Virus record (IMG/VR): IMGVR_UViG_3300029982_000012
Direction: 5' to 3' (one strand)
DNA length: 64,000 bases
Source of the DNA: a virus
In this document: piece after piece, positions 35,020-44,304 of the stretch
Layout: every line of letters begins with the position of its first letter
How positions within the stretch are numbered: position 1 is the stretch's first letter
Made by a program: the position numbers and the translations under genes
The notes under the pieces: generated by a model
Seen by the model: only the letters and a program-made list of their open reading frames with translations
Told to the model about the DNA's origin: nothing
Databases searched by the model: none

Positions 35020-35080
35020 TTTGGCTTGGACCATCATCGCATTTTTTGTGATTAGTGCCTTCGTATTATTTTTAGGCTAA
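35009..35080 (+). CDS. putative 23-aa membrane micropeptide
   Basis: MITDLAWTIIAFFVISAFVLFLG; last ORF of the + arm. Confidence 0.45.
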   Translation: MITDLAWTIIAFFVISAFVLFLG

Positions 35081-35848
35081 TCTGTAAGTCCAAAAATCTT
35101 CTGCCAAATTGGGATTTGTAACGAAACTATAGGGTAAATAAAAATAACCTTTATCTCCCCAATCTGCTCCCCAACTATTTCTGCATATTAGCCAACTGTT
35201 TTTATCATCGAAGCCAACGCAAGTAATTTCGTGACCTCCTTGACAACTTTCAGAAGGTAAAGGAAGAGGCACTTTCCCAGTTTGAGCTACTTGTTCGCTT
35301 TCAAATGAATCATAGACATCAATGCCCATGATAAAAGGGTAACCATTGGCCAAACAATCCTTCATTTGATCCAAACTAACAATTCTAAAATTATCTTTGA
35401 TTTTATTGTTTGCTGCGCTTTTATAGCAATCATCTGAGGGCTTAACCGTCATATCATTATTGGTATAAGGCCACATACTTTCTGGGCAGACCCCATATTG
35501 GCTTAAAGCAAAAATGATATCTCTTAATTCCGCTCCAGAATCTTGCTGAACCGTATTCTCATCTGTACGCTCGTTATAGTAAACAAACTGCCTACTACCA
35601 GGAGCAAATACCGATAAGGGATCTACGTGTGGGTTTACAATTCTTATATTTTTTAATTGAAGAAAATCGTAAACACCAGATACAGATGCTTGGGCTGTAC
35701 AACTACCTTCTTGGCCCTGATCTACAACTGGGGGACAAAGATGTCTTAAGTCAACCAATGAAGGCAATGATCCTTGAAAACTATTCTGGTAAATAGGATC
35801 TGAAATATTCTTTGAATCTTTCATCCGAGAATAGTTGTATTTTTTCAT
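35072..35848 (-). CDS. papain-like C1A cysteine protease
   Basis: LPSLVDLR, DQGQEGSCTA (Cys), GGHEITCVGF (His), RNSWG (Asn); likely start 35848. Confidence 0.92.
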   Translation of the reverse strand: MKKYNYSRMKDSKNISDPIYQNSFQGSLPSLVDLRHLCPPVVDQGQEGSCTAQASVSGVYDFLQLKNIRIVNPHVDPLSVFAPGSRQFVYYNERTDENTVQQDSGAELRDIIFALSQYGVCPESMWPYTNNDMTVKPSDDCYKSAANNKIKDNFRIVSLDQMKDCLANGYPFIMGIDVYDSFESEQVAQTGKVPLPLPSESCQGGHEITCVGFDDKNSWLICRNSWGADWGDKGYFYLPYSFVTNPNLAEDFWTYRLA

Positions 35849-35852
35849 ACAA

Positions 35853-38258
35853 TTATTGATAGAACTCTTCAACAGCAATATAACCTGATCCACCGTTACC
35901 ACCAGTTTGGCCACTAGTACCCGCTCCGCCCCCATTTCCGCCAGCACCAACTGCATAACTATATGTTCCTGATGGATTATTGATAATCGCTACTATCCCT
36001 CCACCTGATCCTCCGCCGCTTCCAGTGACTTGATTAATTATATTGTTACCGCCTCCGCCTGAACCACCACCACCCGTATTGGATGGAGCATTGATGCCTG
36101 GGTTTGCAGAATATACTTGAGCGGCTCCACCACCGAGCATTGAGGATCCTCCAATACCGCCAGATAAGACCACTGTAGTCCCACTATCCGACATTGCACT
36201 ACCACCGCCGCCACCCGTTACTGCTACAACTTGAACGGCTGGACTTGAAACCGTAACAGTTCCACCAGTTGCCCCAGGAGAACCATAAACTCCTTGGATA
36301 CCTCCATTGGCTGTCAATAAACTTGTTCCGAATGTAGTAGTACCGCCAGCTGTGGCAACTGAACCAGTTGCTGTTCCGCTACCGGCTCCGCCACCACCAC
36401 CGCCTACCATTGTTACTTTGATATATAGTGGAGTTCTTGGAGAAGTAGGAGTAGTATATGTTCCAGAACCTGAAGTAAATTTTTGAACTGTTGGTGCTGT
36501 AAGATTTGCATTACTTAGAAGTCCAGTAATAGTTGTAGCAGTTCCTACTGAACCGTTAGCATAGTATTCTGTTACTTCTATGTAACCAGAGCCACCTGCT
36601 CCACCTGCGCTCATACTGGTTCCTGCTGTACCACCTGTACCCGCTGTGCCAATTGAGTAAGAATAGGTTGCTGAAGGTGCTAGGATAATAGCTTCAATAT
36701 AACCACCTGCTCCACCACCTGATCCTGCGTATCCAGTAGCACTTCCGGTACCGCTGCCACCACCGCCAGAACCAGTATTAGCTATTGCTGCAAATCCTAC
36801 AGCACCGGTTGCGCCACCCGCTTGAGATCCACCTTGACCACCGAAAGGTGATGCAGCTCCAGATCCTCCAGGTTGTCCTGTAGTTGCGTTTCCTATACCT
36901 TGGCCTGATCCACCTTGAACTGCGACAACTTGTAACACAGTAGAACTACTTGTTACAGTTGCTGTGCCACCTGGGCCACCACCACCAGTACCAACGCCGC
37001 CACCAGTACCACCGACTGCTGTCAATAGACTTGTTCCGAATGTAGTAGTACCACCTGTACCGCCTGTACCAGCGTTTTGTGTGCTCGCGAGTTCCGATCC
37101 ACCTCCGCCACCACCACCGCCAACTAATTTAACTTGTATGTAAATTACGTTTGCTGGAGTGGTATATGTTCCTGATCCAGATAAGAATTTTTGAACTGTT
37201 GGGGTATAAGCTCCGCCACCATTTGCTGCCGCAGCAGTTGGAGCATAAAATTCAGTAACGATAACGACACCGCTACCACCAGCAGCACCTGCGTCGGCAC
37301 CACCACTAGCTGCACCACCTGCTCCACCACCACCAATTGAATAAGCGTAAGAGGCTAAAGGAGAAGTAATAATGGCTTTGATGTAACCACCAGCACCGCC
37401 TCCGGCACCACCACCAAAGGAACTACTACCACCTTGTCCACCGCCACCAGAACCTGAGTTAGGTATACCGGGAGTAGGAGAATTTACGCCCGTGCCTGGA
37501 ACTGTATTGTTAAGTCCACCGCAACCTGCGCCGCCAAATGGAGTAACTCCACCGTTACCTCCGCCTGACGCTCCAGTTGCTCCGAATATCGATTGTGGAT
37601 TACCAGAGCCTCCTTGCAATGCTATCAATGCTACCGCAGGAGAATTTACAGTTACTGTACCACCGTTTGATATTCCGCCTGAGCCTGCTCCTCCACCGTT
37701 CGCGCCACCACCACCATTAGCGGTTAATAAACTTGTTCCGAAAGTAGTCGCAGAACCATTGCTACCGGCGTTTGATGAACCGGCATTTTCTCCACCACCA
37801 CCACCACCAACCATTTCAACTTGAATGAAGAGAACGTTTGCTGGAGTAGTATATGTTCCAGAACCTGATAAAAATCTTTGAACTGTTGGAGAATACGGAC
37901 CTGCACCTGCTGCTGCAGAAGATGAAAGAACTGCCCAAGTACCTGCAGACGTAGCATTAGTTTGAAGAACGATGAAAAGGGATGTGTGTGCTGCAATGGT
38001 ACTGTAATTTGTTCCAAATGCATCGGTGAATGCTCCGCCGCCGTTAAACTCTAAGGTAAGGTTTCCAGTTGATTGATTGAATATTTCGTATTTTTGACCA
38101 ACGACCATTGTAGTCGCGTTAGGCAAAACAATAGTTTGGGTTGTTGAACCCGTAAAAATTTCAATTTGTTTTGAGGTATTGACTAGCGTAGTTGTACCAG
38201 CCGCTGTTGCGGTGATTGCGATCTGCTCTACTAAGCCTCCGAGTTGGAACGTAGCCAT
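35853..38258 (-). CDS. glycine-rich tail fibre/virion protein with three tandem Gly-rich domains
   Basis: Three copies of PTVQxFxSGSGTYTTP...VGGGGGG...GGSGxxxVxEY; AAGGAG SD. Confidence 0.8.
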   Translation of the reverse strand: MATFQLGGLVEQIAITATAAGTTTLVNTSKQIEIFTGSTTQTIVLPNATTMVVGQKYEIFNQSTGNLTLEFNGGGAFTDAFGTNYSTIAAHTSLFIVLQTNATSAGTWAVLSSSAAAGAGPYSPTVQRFLSGSGTYTTPANVLFIQVEMVGGGGGGENAGSSNAGSNGSATTFGTSLLTANGGGGANGGGAGSGGISNGGTVTVNSPAVALIALQGGSGNPQSIFGATGASGGGNGGVTPFGGAGCGGLNNTVPGTGVNSPTPGIPNSGSGGGGQGGSSSFGGGAGGGAGGYIKAIITSPLASYAYSIGGGGAGGAASGGADAGAAGGSGVVIVTEFYAPTAAAANGGGAYTPTVQKFLSGSGTYTTPANVIYIQVKLVGGGGGGGGSELASTQNAGTGGTGGTTTFGTSLLTAVGGTGGGVGTGGGGPGGTATVTSSSTVLQVVAVQGGSGQGIGNATTGQPGGSGAASPFGGQGGSQAGGATGAVGFAAIANTGSGGGGSGTGSATGYAGSGGGAGGYIEAIILAPSATYSYSIGTAGTGGTAGTSMSAGGAGGSGYIEVTEYYANGSVGTATTITGLLSNANLTAPTVQKFTSGSGTYTTPTSPRTPLYIKVTMVGGGGGGAGSGTATGSVATAGGTTTFGTSLLTANGGIQGVYGSPGATGGTVTVSSPAVQVVAVTGGGGGSAMSDSGTTVVLSGGIGGSSMLGGGAAQVYSANPGINAPSNTGGGGSGGGGNNIINQVTGSGGGSGGGIVAIINNPSGTYSYAVGAGGNGGGAGTSGQTGGNGGSGYIAVEEFYQ

Positions 38259-38271
38259 AAAACTCCTTTAA

Positions 38272-38811
38272 TTACAGATATTTGAATCTGAATCCTTTTG
38301 TATGTGAATAAATATTGTTACAAACTTTACTTACTGCAGATGGGTCCAAGCCCAAATATTTGGCCGCATTATTGGCAGAAACGTATTTCCTAGAATCATT
38401 AAAGCAAAGAACAGGTTTTGCACTACCAGAACTTTTACCCCAATTTGGATGCTTGGTTTTATCTGAAAGCATTTTTTTTCTAGATTCAGATTGTTTTCTT
38501 TTTGTTTCTTCAGAGCGTATTTTGTTTTTCCCACCTGATTCAGCATTGTATCCATTTGGAACTAAACTATTGAATTTATTAATATAAAATTGTTCTTTTT
38601 TATTTAAATCTTCCAAATCAACTGCCCTATCTACAAAATAAAAGTCAAAATTTTCAAATCCGTAACTAGCAACGGCATTATGGAACGGTAAATTATTGGT
38701 TCTTTTAGAGGCAGCATATTTATGCTCTCTAATGCGTTCGTTCAAACTCCTAATGGTTTGTCCTATATACGCCTTACCGTTAATTTTATTAACCGCTCTA
38801 TAAATAATCAT
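38272..38811 (-). mobile_element. free-standing GIY-YIG homing endonuclease gene (NUMOD3/NUMOD1-like)
   Basis: IIYRAVNKINGKAYIGQT, GYN, SEETKRKQSES, C-terminal HTH; AT-richer than flanking structural genes. Confidence 0.85.
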
Positions 38812-38830
38812 ATATCCTTACCTGTATATA

Positions 38831-38845
38831 TATATCATAAGATTG
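38831..38845 (-). promoter_or_regulatory. overlapping CAATCTTA and ATGATATA motifs
   Basis: CAATCTTATGATATA on the - strand upstream of the GIY-YIG gene. Confidence 0.6.
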
Positions 38846-38852
38846 TCGGCCC

Positions 38853-39902
38853 TTATTGAAATCCGGCAAGTTGCCATGCAACACGATAATTATTCGTATC
38901 TACGGGCATATTCCATTTAACGGTAAAGGTCGTAGTAGTCTTGTTTGTCACAGTAATTGGTTGAAATTGTGGGGTAGCGTCGGTATAATTAGCCAATTCT
39001 GCAGTAACTACATAACTACTTGAACTCATGGGAACATTTAAAGTAATGGTAGCCGTTACTTCGCCCATAGTTAAAGGAAATTCCCCTACTTGCTCGATTG
39101 TACCGGCACCAACTAAATAATCGAGTTTGTAATTTGCCGTATCTAGAGGCATATTCCAGGTAGCAGTGAATCCCGTAGTTGTTTTGTTGGTAATTGTAAT
39201 CGGCTGAAATTCTGGATCAGGATCAGTAGTATTTACCAATTGTGCGATTACCACATAGGTATTACTGCCTTGAGGAGTAACAAAAGTAACATTTACAGTA
39301 GTAGTACCTTGGCTTAGAGCGACCTCATTAGCTGCTCCGCCTCCGCCACCACCTGATCCGCCTCCACCAACAAATTGAAAAATAGTGCTTTGGGTAATAT
39401 TTTGAATGGTTCCAGCATTATTAAAAATTGTAATATATGCAAATGGAAGAGTGCTATTTAAAGGAGTGGGAATTGCTGCATCTGCCGCAATAGCATTAGG
39501 AGTACCAGTAGTAGCAATTAAATTACCACTTTGATCCAGGGATAAAAGAACTTGCATGTACTCATTTGATGGCAAAGTAAGTAATGTAGAGCCCCCAGTT
39601 GAAGTCGTAATATTTCCACCGCTAGCAGAAGGAAAAGTTACTGTTCCAGAAGCGAAAGCAGGAATAACATTATTAATAAAAGAGATTGATCTATTTCTAT
39701 TGGATTCAGGATTTGAAACAATAGCTGGTCCAATATCTACTACTAGACTTGGAGTGCTTGTTGCATCAACTCTAAGTGGCACAGTAAGATCTGCATTAAT
39801 TGAAGCAAGTAAAATATCTAAGGTTTCACCGGCAACATATGGGAATAGTTGCTGGAGGATCCCTCTATACTCTATCTGTCTTGCATCTAACTCGATACTC
39901 AT
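38853..39902 (-). CDS. virion structural protein with two C-terminal lectin-like beta repeats
   Basis: Two copies of NxTDxxPxFQPITxTNKTTTxFTxxWNMPxDTxNY; the same module ends the 39920 gene product. Confidence 0.75.
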   Translation of the reverse strand: MSIELDARQIEYRGILQQLFPYVAGETLDILLASINADLTVPLRVDATSTPSLVVDIGPAIVSNPESNRNRSISFINNVIPAFASGTVTFPSASGGNITTSTGGSTLLTLPSNEYMQVLLSLDQSGNLIATTGTPNAIAADAAIPTPLNSTLPFAYITIFNNAGTIQNITQSTIFQFVGGGGSGGGGGGAANEVALSQGTTTVNVTFVTPQGSNTYVVIAQLVNTTDPDPEFQPITITNKTTTGFTATWNMPLDTANYKLDYLVGAGTIEQVGEFPLTMGEVTATITLNVPMSSSSYVVTAELANYTDATPQFQPITVTNKTTTTFTVKWNMPVDTNNYRVAWQLAGFQ

Positions 39903-39910
39903 ATAAACCT

Positions 39911-39918
39911 TATATCAC
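39911..39918 (-). promoter_or_regulatory. RYGATATA motif 8 nt before ATG (leaderless)
   Basis: GTGATATA in the 17-nt gap. Confidence 0.5.
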
Positions 39919-39919
39919 A

Positions 39920-42900
39920 TTAATTATTAACAATTGCTTGCCAAAATAATGAATAATTTGCAGTTGCTACAGGATAGTTCCATGTAGCGGTAAAACCGGT
40001 AGTTGACTGTGCAGTTATAGTAATTGGTTGAAATTCTGGATTTGTATCTGTAGAATTAAACATATTGCAAGTAACTGAATAACTTGTACTTGGCAATCCT
40101 GAACTAAAAGTAACGGATACACTTGTACCAGCACTAGAAATTGCTTGAGAACCTGATCTGATACCCGCAGCAGTTAAAAGTTGAGCAGCGGTACTAGCAA
40201 CCAATAGGCCCGTAGAAGTAGCAGCAACAGGTCTTGTACCAGTACCAGCTAAACCTGCTATGGTCACATTTTGTGTACTGTCAACGGTAACTGCAGTTGT
40301 TAAGGTATTGGGAGTAGCTGCACTACTTCCAGCAGCAGGAGCCGTTTGGATTATTACAGATCCGCCTGCACCCGTACCAGTAGAGTTACCACCAGCGATG
40401 GTCATAGTTGCACCGGCAGTATTGCTTGTGCCTGTTATGATAGGAGAAGGTTGAATAGATGCATTGGTCGCAGTTGCACTTCCTTTAGCGCCTTGACCAA
40501 GAAACATGCTACTGATAGGTACTGTAGGTGAACCAATACTAAATTGACTTGCTGCTGTCGTTGTAGCTGTTGCTGTAATGCTACCAATACTGCCCAATGC
40601 TATGGAGGCAAAAGCGTTCTTTTGTCCAGAACCGATAGCGATACCATCTGTTTCAGAAGAAGTTGTAGAACCAATCGCAATAGTCCTAAGTGAACTAGCT
40701 GAGTTTGAATTAGCGGTAAAGCCTAGGAATACGTTATCGTGACCTGATGTTAAGGTTCCACCAGTCGTAGAGCCAACGGCTGTATTTTGTGCTCCAGTAG
40801 TAATTGTTCCAATTAAGTTTGGTAGTGATCCAAAACCGATAGCGGTATTATCTGTAGCAACCGTATTGCTACCCAATGCAGAAGAACCTACTGCTGTATT
40901 GTCTGTACCCTGTGTATTATTGCCAAGTGCATTTTGTCCAATAGCAACGATCGTACCTGTAGTATTTGATGCACCGGCCAAATTTCCTACTGCTGTATTA
41001 TTCGCTGCAGTATTGAGTTGTAAGGCGGCAGAACCTATCGCGGTATTGCCATTATGGGTGGTTACAGCGGCAAGTGCGTTTTGTCCAATAGCAGTATTAT
41101 CGGTCCCACTTGAAACAAGTATTCCGGCATCCCAACCAAAAAAACTGTTGTTTCCGCCTGCTGCTAGAGCATTACCTGCAGAAACACCTACAACGGTGTT
41201 GTGACCGCCTGTAAAAGATAGAGTGGTGTTAGTTCCACCGTATACAGAAGTATTACTAGATAAATATAAGAATCCATTACTACTTGCAGCAGTTGCCCAT
41301 GCTGGTACTCCAGAAACTACTGTTAATACTTGACCAGTGGTACCGATAGCAAGTCTAGATGCGGTATTGGTTGCAGACTCATATTCTATATCACCGGTAG
41401 TAGTCATCGGTGATAGTGCATTATATGCCGCTGCAGCAGTAGTTTGTCCAGTACCACCATTTGCTATTGGAAGAGCCGTTCCAGAAAGAGTGACCGCTAA
41501 AGTTCCAGAAGTAGTAATGGGAGAACCAGAAACACTTAAAAAAGAAGGAACGCTTAAAGCAACGCTGGTAACTGTCCCATTAGTAGCAGGATTTACCCAA
41601 GCAGGGAGACCAGAAACTACCGTCAATACTTGGCCGGTAGATCCAATTGCTAATCTAGCCGGAGCAGGAGTTGCATTTTCATAAATAATATCACCGGCAG
41701 TTGTAAGAGGAGATAAAGCAACAAATGCTGACGCTGCGGTAGTTTGGCCAGTTCCGCCATGTGCAATTGCAATTGTTGTCCCATTCCAAGTACCAGAAGT
41801 AATGGTTCCAACAGATGATAGGCTTGATGCTGTTGTTAAGGCTGAAAGTGTGGTTAAAGTTGCATTGCTAGTTGCAACCAAAGAAGTTGCATTTCCAACT
41901 GAAGTTACGTTTCCAGTTAAGTTAGCGTTGGTAGTTACTGTACCAGCAGTAAAACTAGCAGCAGTTCCAGTGATATTTGTACCGACCAATGTGCTTGGGG
42001 TACCTAAATTTGGGGTAACTAATGTTGGAGACGTTGCGAGTACGACTGCTCCAGAACCAGTAGTTGAGGCAGCGGAAATTGCTGTTCCGTTACCCTGTAA
42101 AATACCGGTAATAGTGGTGGATACAGTTAAAGTTGTTCCGCTATATGTTCCTGCAAAACCATTTGCCGATGCCATCGACATAATTACTGCGCCATAAGCT
42201 CCATTGACAGAACTTACACCAGCAGCAGGGGTAGTGAGTTCCCATGCAGTACCGTTATAAATCGCTAGATCACCTACAGAGAAATTAAGACTAGCGCCAC
42301 CGAATGCACCAGCTACTATTCCATTAAAGGCAGTACTTACGTAATAAACTTGACCAGTAGTACCTGTTCCATCTGCAAGCGCTGGAACGTTAGTCGCTGG
42401 ATCGTAAAGACCCTGGTAAACAAACACGCCATTTGGCAACTGGGCGACTGGAACTTTTCCGCCGCTATCTAATGACGCAACGCCATTTGCGGCTCCCACT
42501 TCAGATTGCGTAACGTAAGTAGCGGATAGGCTCGGAATATCAGCGGCTACTAAAGCGCGGAAAGTGGGTTCAGCAGCAGAACCAGAACTTGGACCAGCAA
42601 ATACCTTATTTGCCGTCTGAGTTTCTAAAGTAAGTGTCAAATTACCGGTGCTAGTAATTGGACTATTCGAAATCGCATAGATCGGAGTAGTACTCGCATC
42701 GGCTAAACCAACAGAAGAAACTGTACCGCTAGTCGCTGGAGTTTCCCAAGCAGGAACACCCGAAACAACGGTTAAAATTTGCCCAGTCGAACCAATTGGA
42801 AGACGTGCTGGGGCAGGAGTTGCATTTTCATAGATGATGTCTCCTTTTGTAGTCATTAGACCAGATGAAATCGTGGTCGTATCTACATAATTTTTAGTTG

Positions 42901-44203
42901 CTGCACCTTGTGCAGTGGTAGGATCAGCCATGTTGGTGATCTGATTTGCACCCATGTTGATCGCGCCTGACATTGTTCCGCCTGAAAGCAGAAGGTAAGT
43001 TGCAGATAAACTAGGAATATCAGCAGCAACCAGAGACCTAAATGTAGGTTGTGCAGCGCTTCCTGAGGAAGGTCCTGCGAAGACAGTATTCGCAGATTGA
43101 GTAGTAAGAGTCTGAGTTAAGGTACCTGAACTAGTTACTGGAGAGCCAGAAATACTATAGATTGGGGTTGTACTTGCATCAGCAAAAGCTACTGAAGTAA
43201 CACCCGTAGCCGGTGCATTCGCCCATGCCGGTAAACCAGAAACGACTGTTAATATTTGACCGGTTGAACCAATACCAAGTCTTGCAGCTCCAGGAGTTGA
43301 ATTTTCGTAAATAATATCGCCAGCGGTCGTCATTGGATTCGTAAATCCGCCCGAAGCCGCTTGCCATGTTGGATTCGCTCCAGCGCCATTAGATGTGAGG
43401 ACGAAACCTGAAGTTCCAAGTCCAGAAACTTGTTCTAATGGACCAGTAGAAGTTGTTCCGCCTACTATGACGGCATATGGAGTGAAAGCTTCTTGTCCAG
43501 TTCCACCTTCAGGAACTGTAAGCGGAAGTTCTGTAGGACTTCCTCCTCCACCAATCCCCATCATTTGCCCGTCAATCCAAATATTTGTGGTTGACATTAC
43601 GATACCGATTTTAAGATCGGCTTCGCTACCACCACTAGGGGCAACTACGCTAAACGCACCATCGGTTGTTAGCCAAACAGGGTCACCGGTATTAATTACA
43701 TTAAATGGGGTGTCCGAAGAACCTAAGGTATAAGAACCAAAAGAATAAACCGTGATATTTTGGCCAGCAGTAACGGCTGTTGTGGAGAATGCAATCCCGA
43801 TTCCCCAGAATTCATCCATGCTTACAGTACTATAGTCAGCTTTATATACTGTATCTGTAGTTTCTGAAAGTGAATTCATTGCCCAACGAACAACAAATGA
43901 AGTATTAGCGGCAAAATTTTCGCCAGCAGTAAAAACATTGGAAATAGCAGGACAACTAGAGACTGGGGACCAGGTTAGATTACCCGAACCATCATTTTGA
44001 AGAAAAGAAGAGGCTGCACCTTGAGCTCCTGGGAGACTAACTGAATACGCGCTTCCCGTGGCAGAAGCATTGATAGTAACACTTCCAGAAGTAGAACCTA
44101 CTAGTTCTATAGCTGAAGTGCCCAAAACATTTCCGCTTACGGAGAAATCTACTGTTCTTGGAACTCCGTTAATAAGCGATAAAATTTTACTATAAACAGT
44201 CAT
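39920..44203 (-). CDS. long modular tail fibre/adhesin-like protein
   Basis: Likely start 44203 (GGAG SD); 4x TTxGDIxYExxT..RLxIGxTGQxLTVVSG, 2x ADASTTPIY...PTFRxLVAADIP, and NTAxG beta-helix repeats. Confidence 0.85.
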   Translation of the reverse strand: MTVYSKILSLINGVPRTVDFSVSGNVLGTSAIELVGSTSGSVTINASATGSAYSVSLPGAQGAASSFLQNDGSGNLTWSPVSSCPAISNVFTAGENFAANTSFVVRWAMNSLSETTDTVYKADYSTVSMDEFWGIGIAFSTTAVTAGQNITVYSFGSYTLGSSDTPFNVINTGDPVWLTTDGAFSVVAPSGGSEADLKIGIVMSTTNIWIDGQMMGIGGGGSPTELPLTVPEGGTGQEAFTPYAVIVGGTTSTGPLEQVSGLGTSGFVLTSNGAGANPTWQAASGGFTNPMTTAGDIIYENSTPGAARLGIGSTGQILTVVSGLPAWANAPATGVTSVAFADASTTPIYSISGSPVTSSGTLTQTLTTQSANTVFAGPSSGSAAQPTFRSLVAADIPSLSATYLLLSGGTMSGAINMGANQITNMADPTTAQGAATKNYVDTTTISSGLMTTKGDIIYENATPAPARLPIGSTGQILTVVSGVPAWETPATSGTVSSVGLADASTTPIYAISNSPITSTGNLTLTLETQTANKVFAGPSSGSAAEPTFRALVAADIPSLSATYVTQSEVGAANGVASLDSGGKVPVAQLPNGVFVYQGLYDPATNVPALADGTGTTGQVYYVSTAFNGIVAGAFGGASLNFSVGDLAIYNGTAWELTTPAAGVSSVNGAYGAVIMSMASANGFAGTYSGTTLTVSTTITGILQGNGTAISAASTTGSGAVVLATSPTLVTPNLGTPSTLVGTNITGTAASFTAGTVTTNANLTGNVTSVGNATSLVATSNATLTTLSALTTASSLSSVGTITSGTWNGTTIAIAHGGTGQTTAASAFVALSPLTTAGDIIYENATPAPARLAIGSTGQVLTVVSGLPAWVNPATNGTVTSVALSVPSFLSVSGSPITTSGTLAVTLSGTALPIANGGTGQTTAAAAYNALSPMTTTGDIEYESATNTASRLAIGTTGQVLTVVSGVPAWATAASSNGFLYLSSNTSVYGGTNTTLSFTGGHNTVVGVSAGNALAAGGNNSFFGWDAGILVSSGTDNTAIGQNALAAVTTHNGNTAIGSAALQLNTAANNTAVGNLAGASNTTGTIVAIGQNALGNNTQGTDNTAVGSSALGSNTVATDNTAIGFGSLPNLIGTITTGAQNTAVGSTTGGTLTSGHDNVFLGFTANSNSASSLRTIAIGSTTSSETDGIAIGSGQKNAFASIALGSIGSITATATTTAASQFSIGSPTVPISSMFLGQGAKGSATATNASIQPSPIITGTSNTAGATMTIAGGNSTGTGAGGSVIIQTAPAAGSSAATPNTLTTAVTVDSTQNVTIAGLAGTGTRPVAATSTGLLVASTAAQLLTAAGIRSGSQAISSAGTSVSVTFSSGLPSTSYSVTCNMFNSTDTNPEFQPITITAQSTTGFTATWNYPVATANYSLFWQAIVNN

Positions 44204-44247
44204 CTTTGGCTCCAACTATGGTGTGATTAATTTCACCTTATACTTCA

Positions 44248-44255
44248 TATATCAT
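44248..44255 (-). promoter_or_regulatory. RYGATATA motif downstream of a terminator
   Basis: ATGATATA directly after the terminator U-tract. Confidence 0.55.
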
Positions 44256-44257
44256 GG

Positions 44258-44297
44258 AAAATAAAGTGGGGGCCACATTCTATAGGAGTGGCCCCCA
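44258..44297 (-). terminator. intrinsic terminator after the 913-aa fibre gene
   Basis: TGGGGGCCAC/GTGGCCCCCA 10-bp stem followed on the - strand by CTTTATTTT. Confidence 0.8.
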
Positions 44298-44304
44298 GTT
44301 ATTA

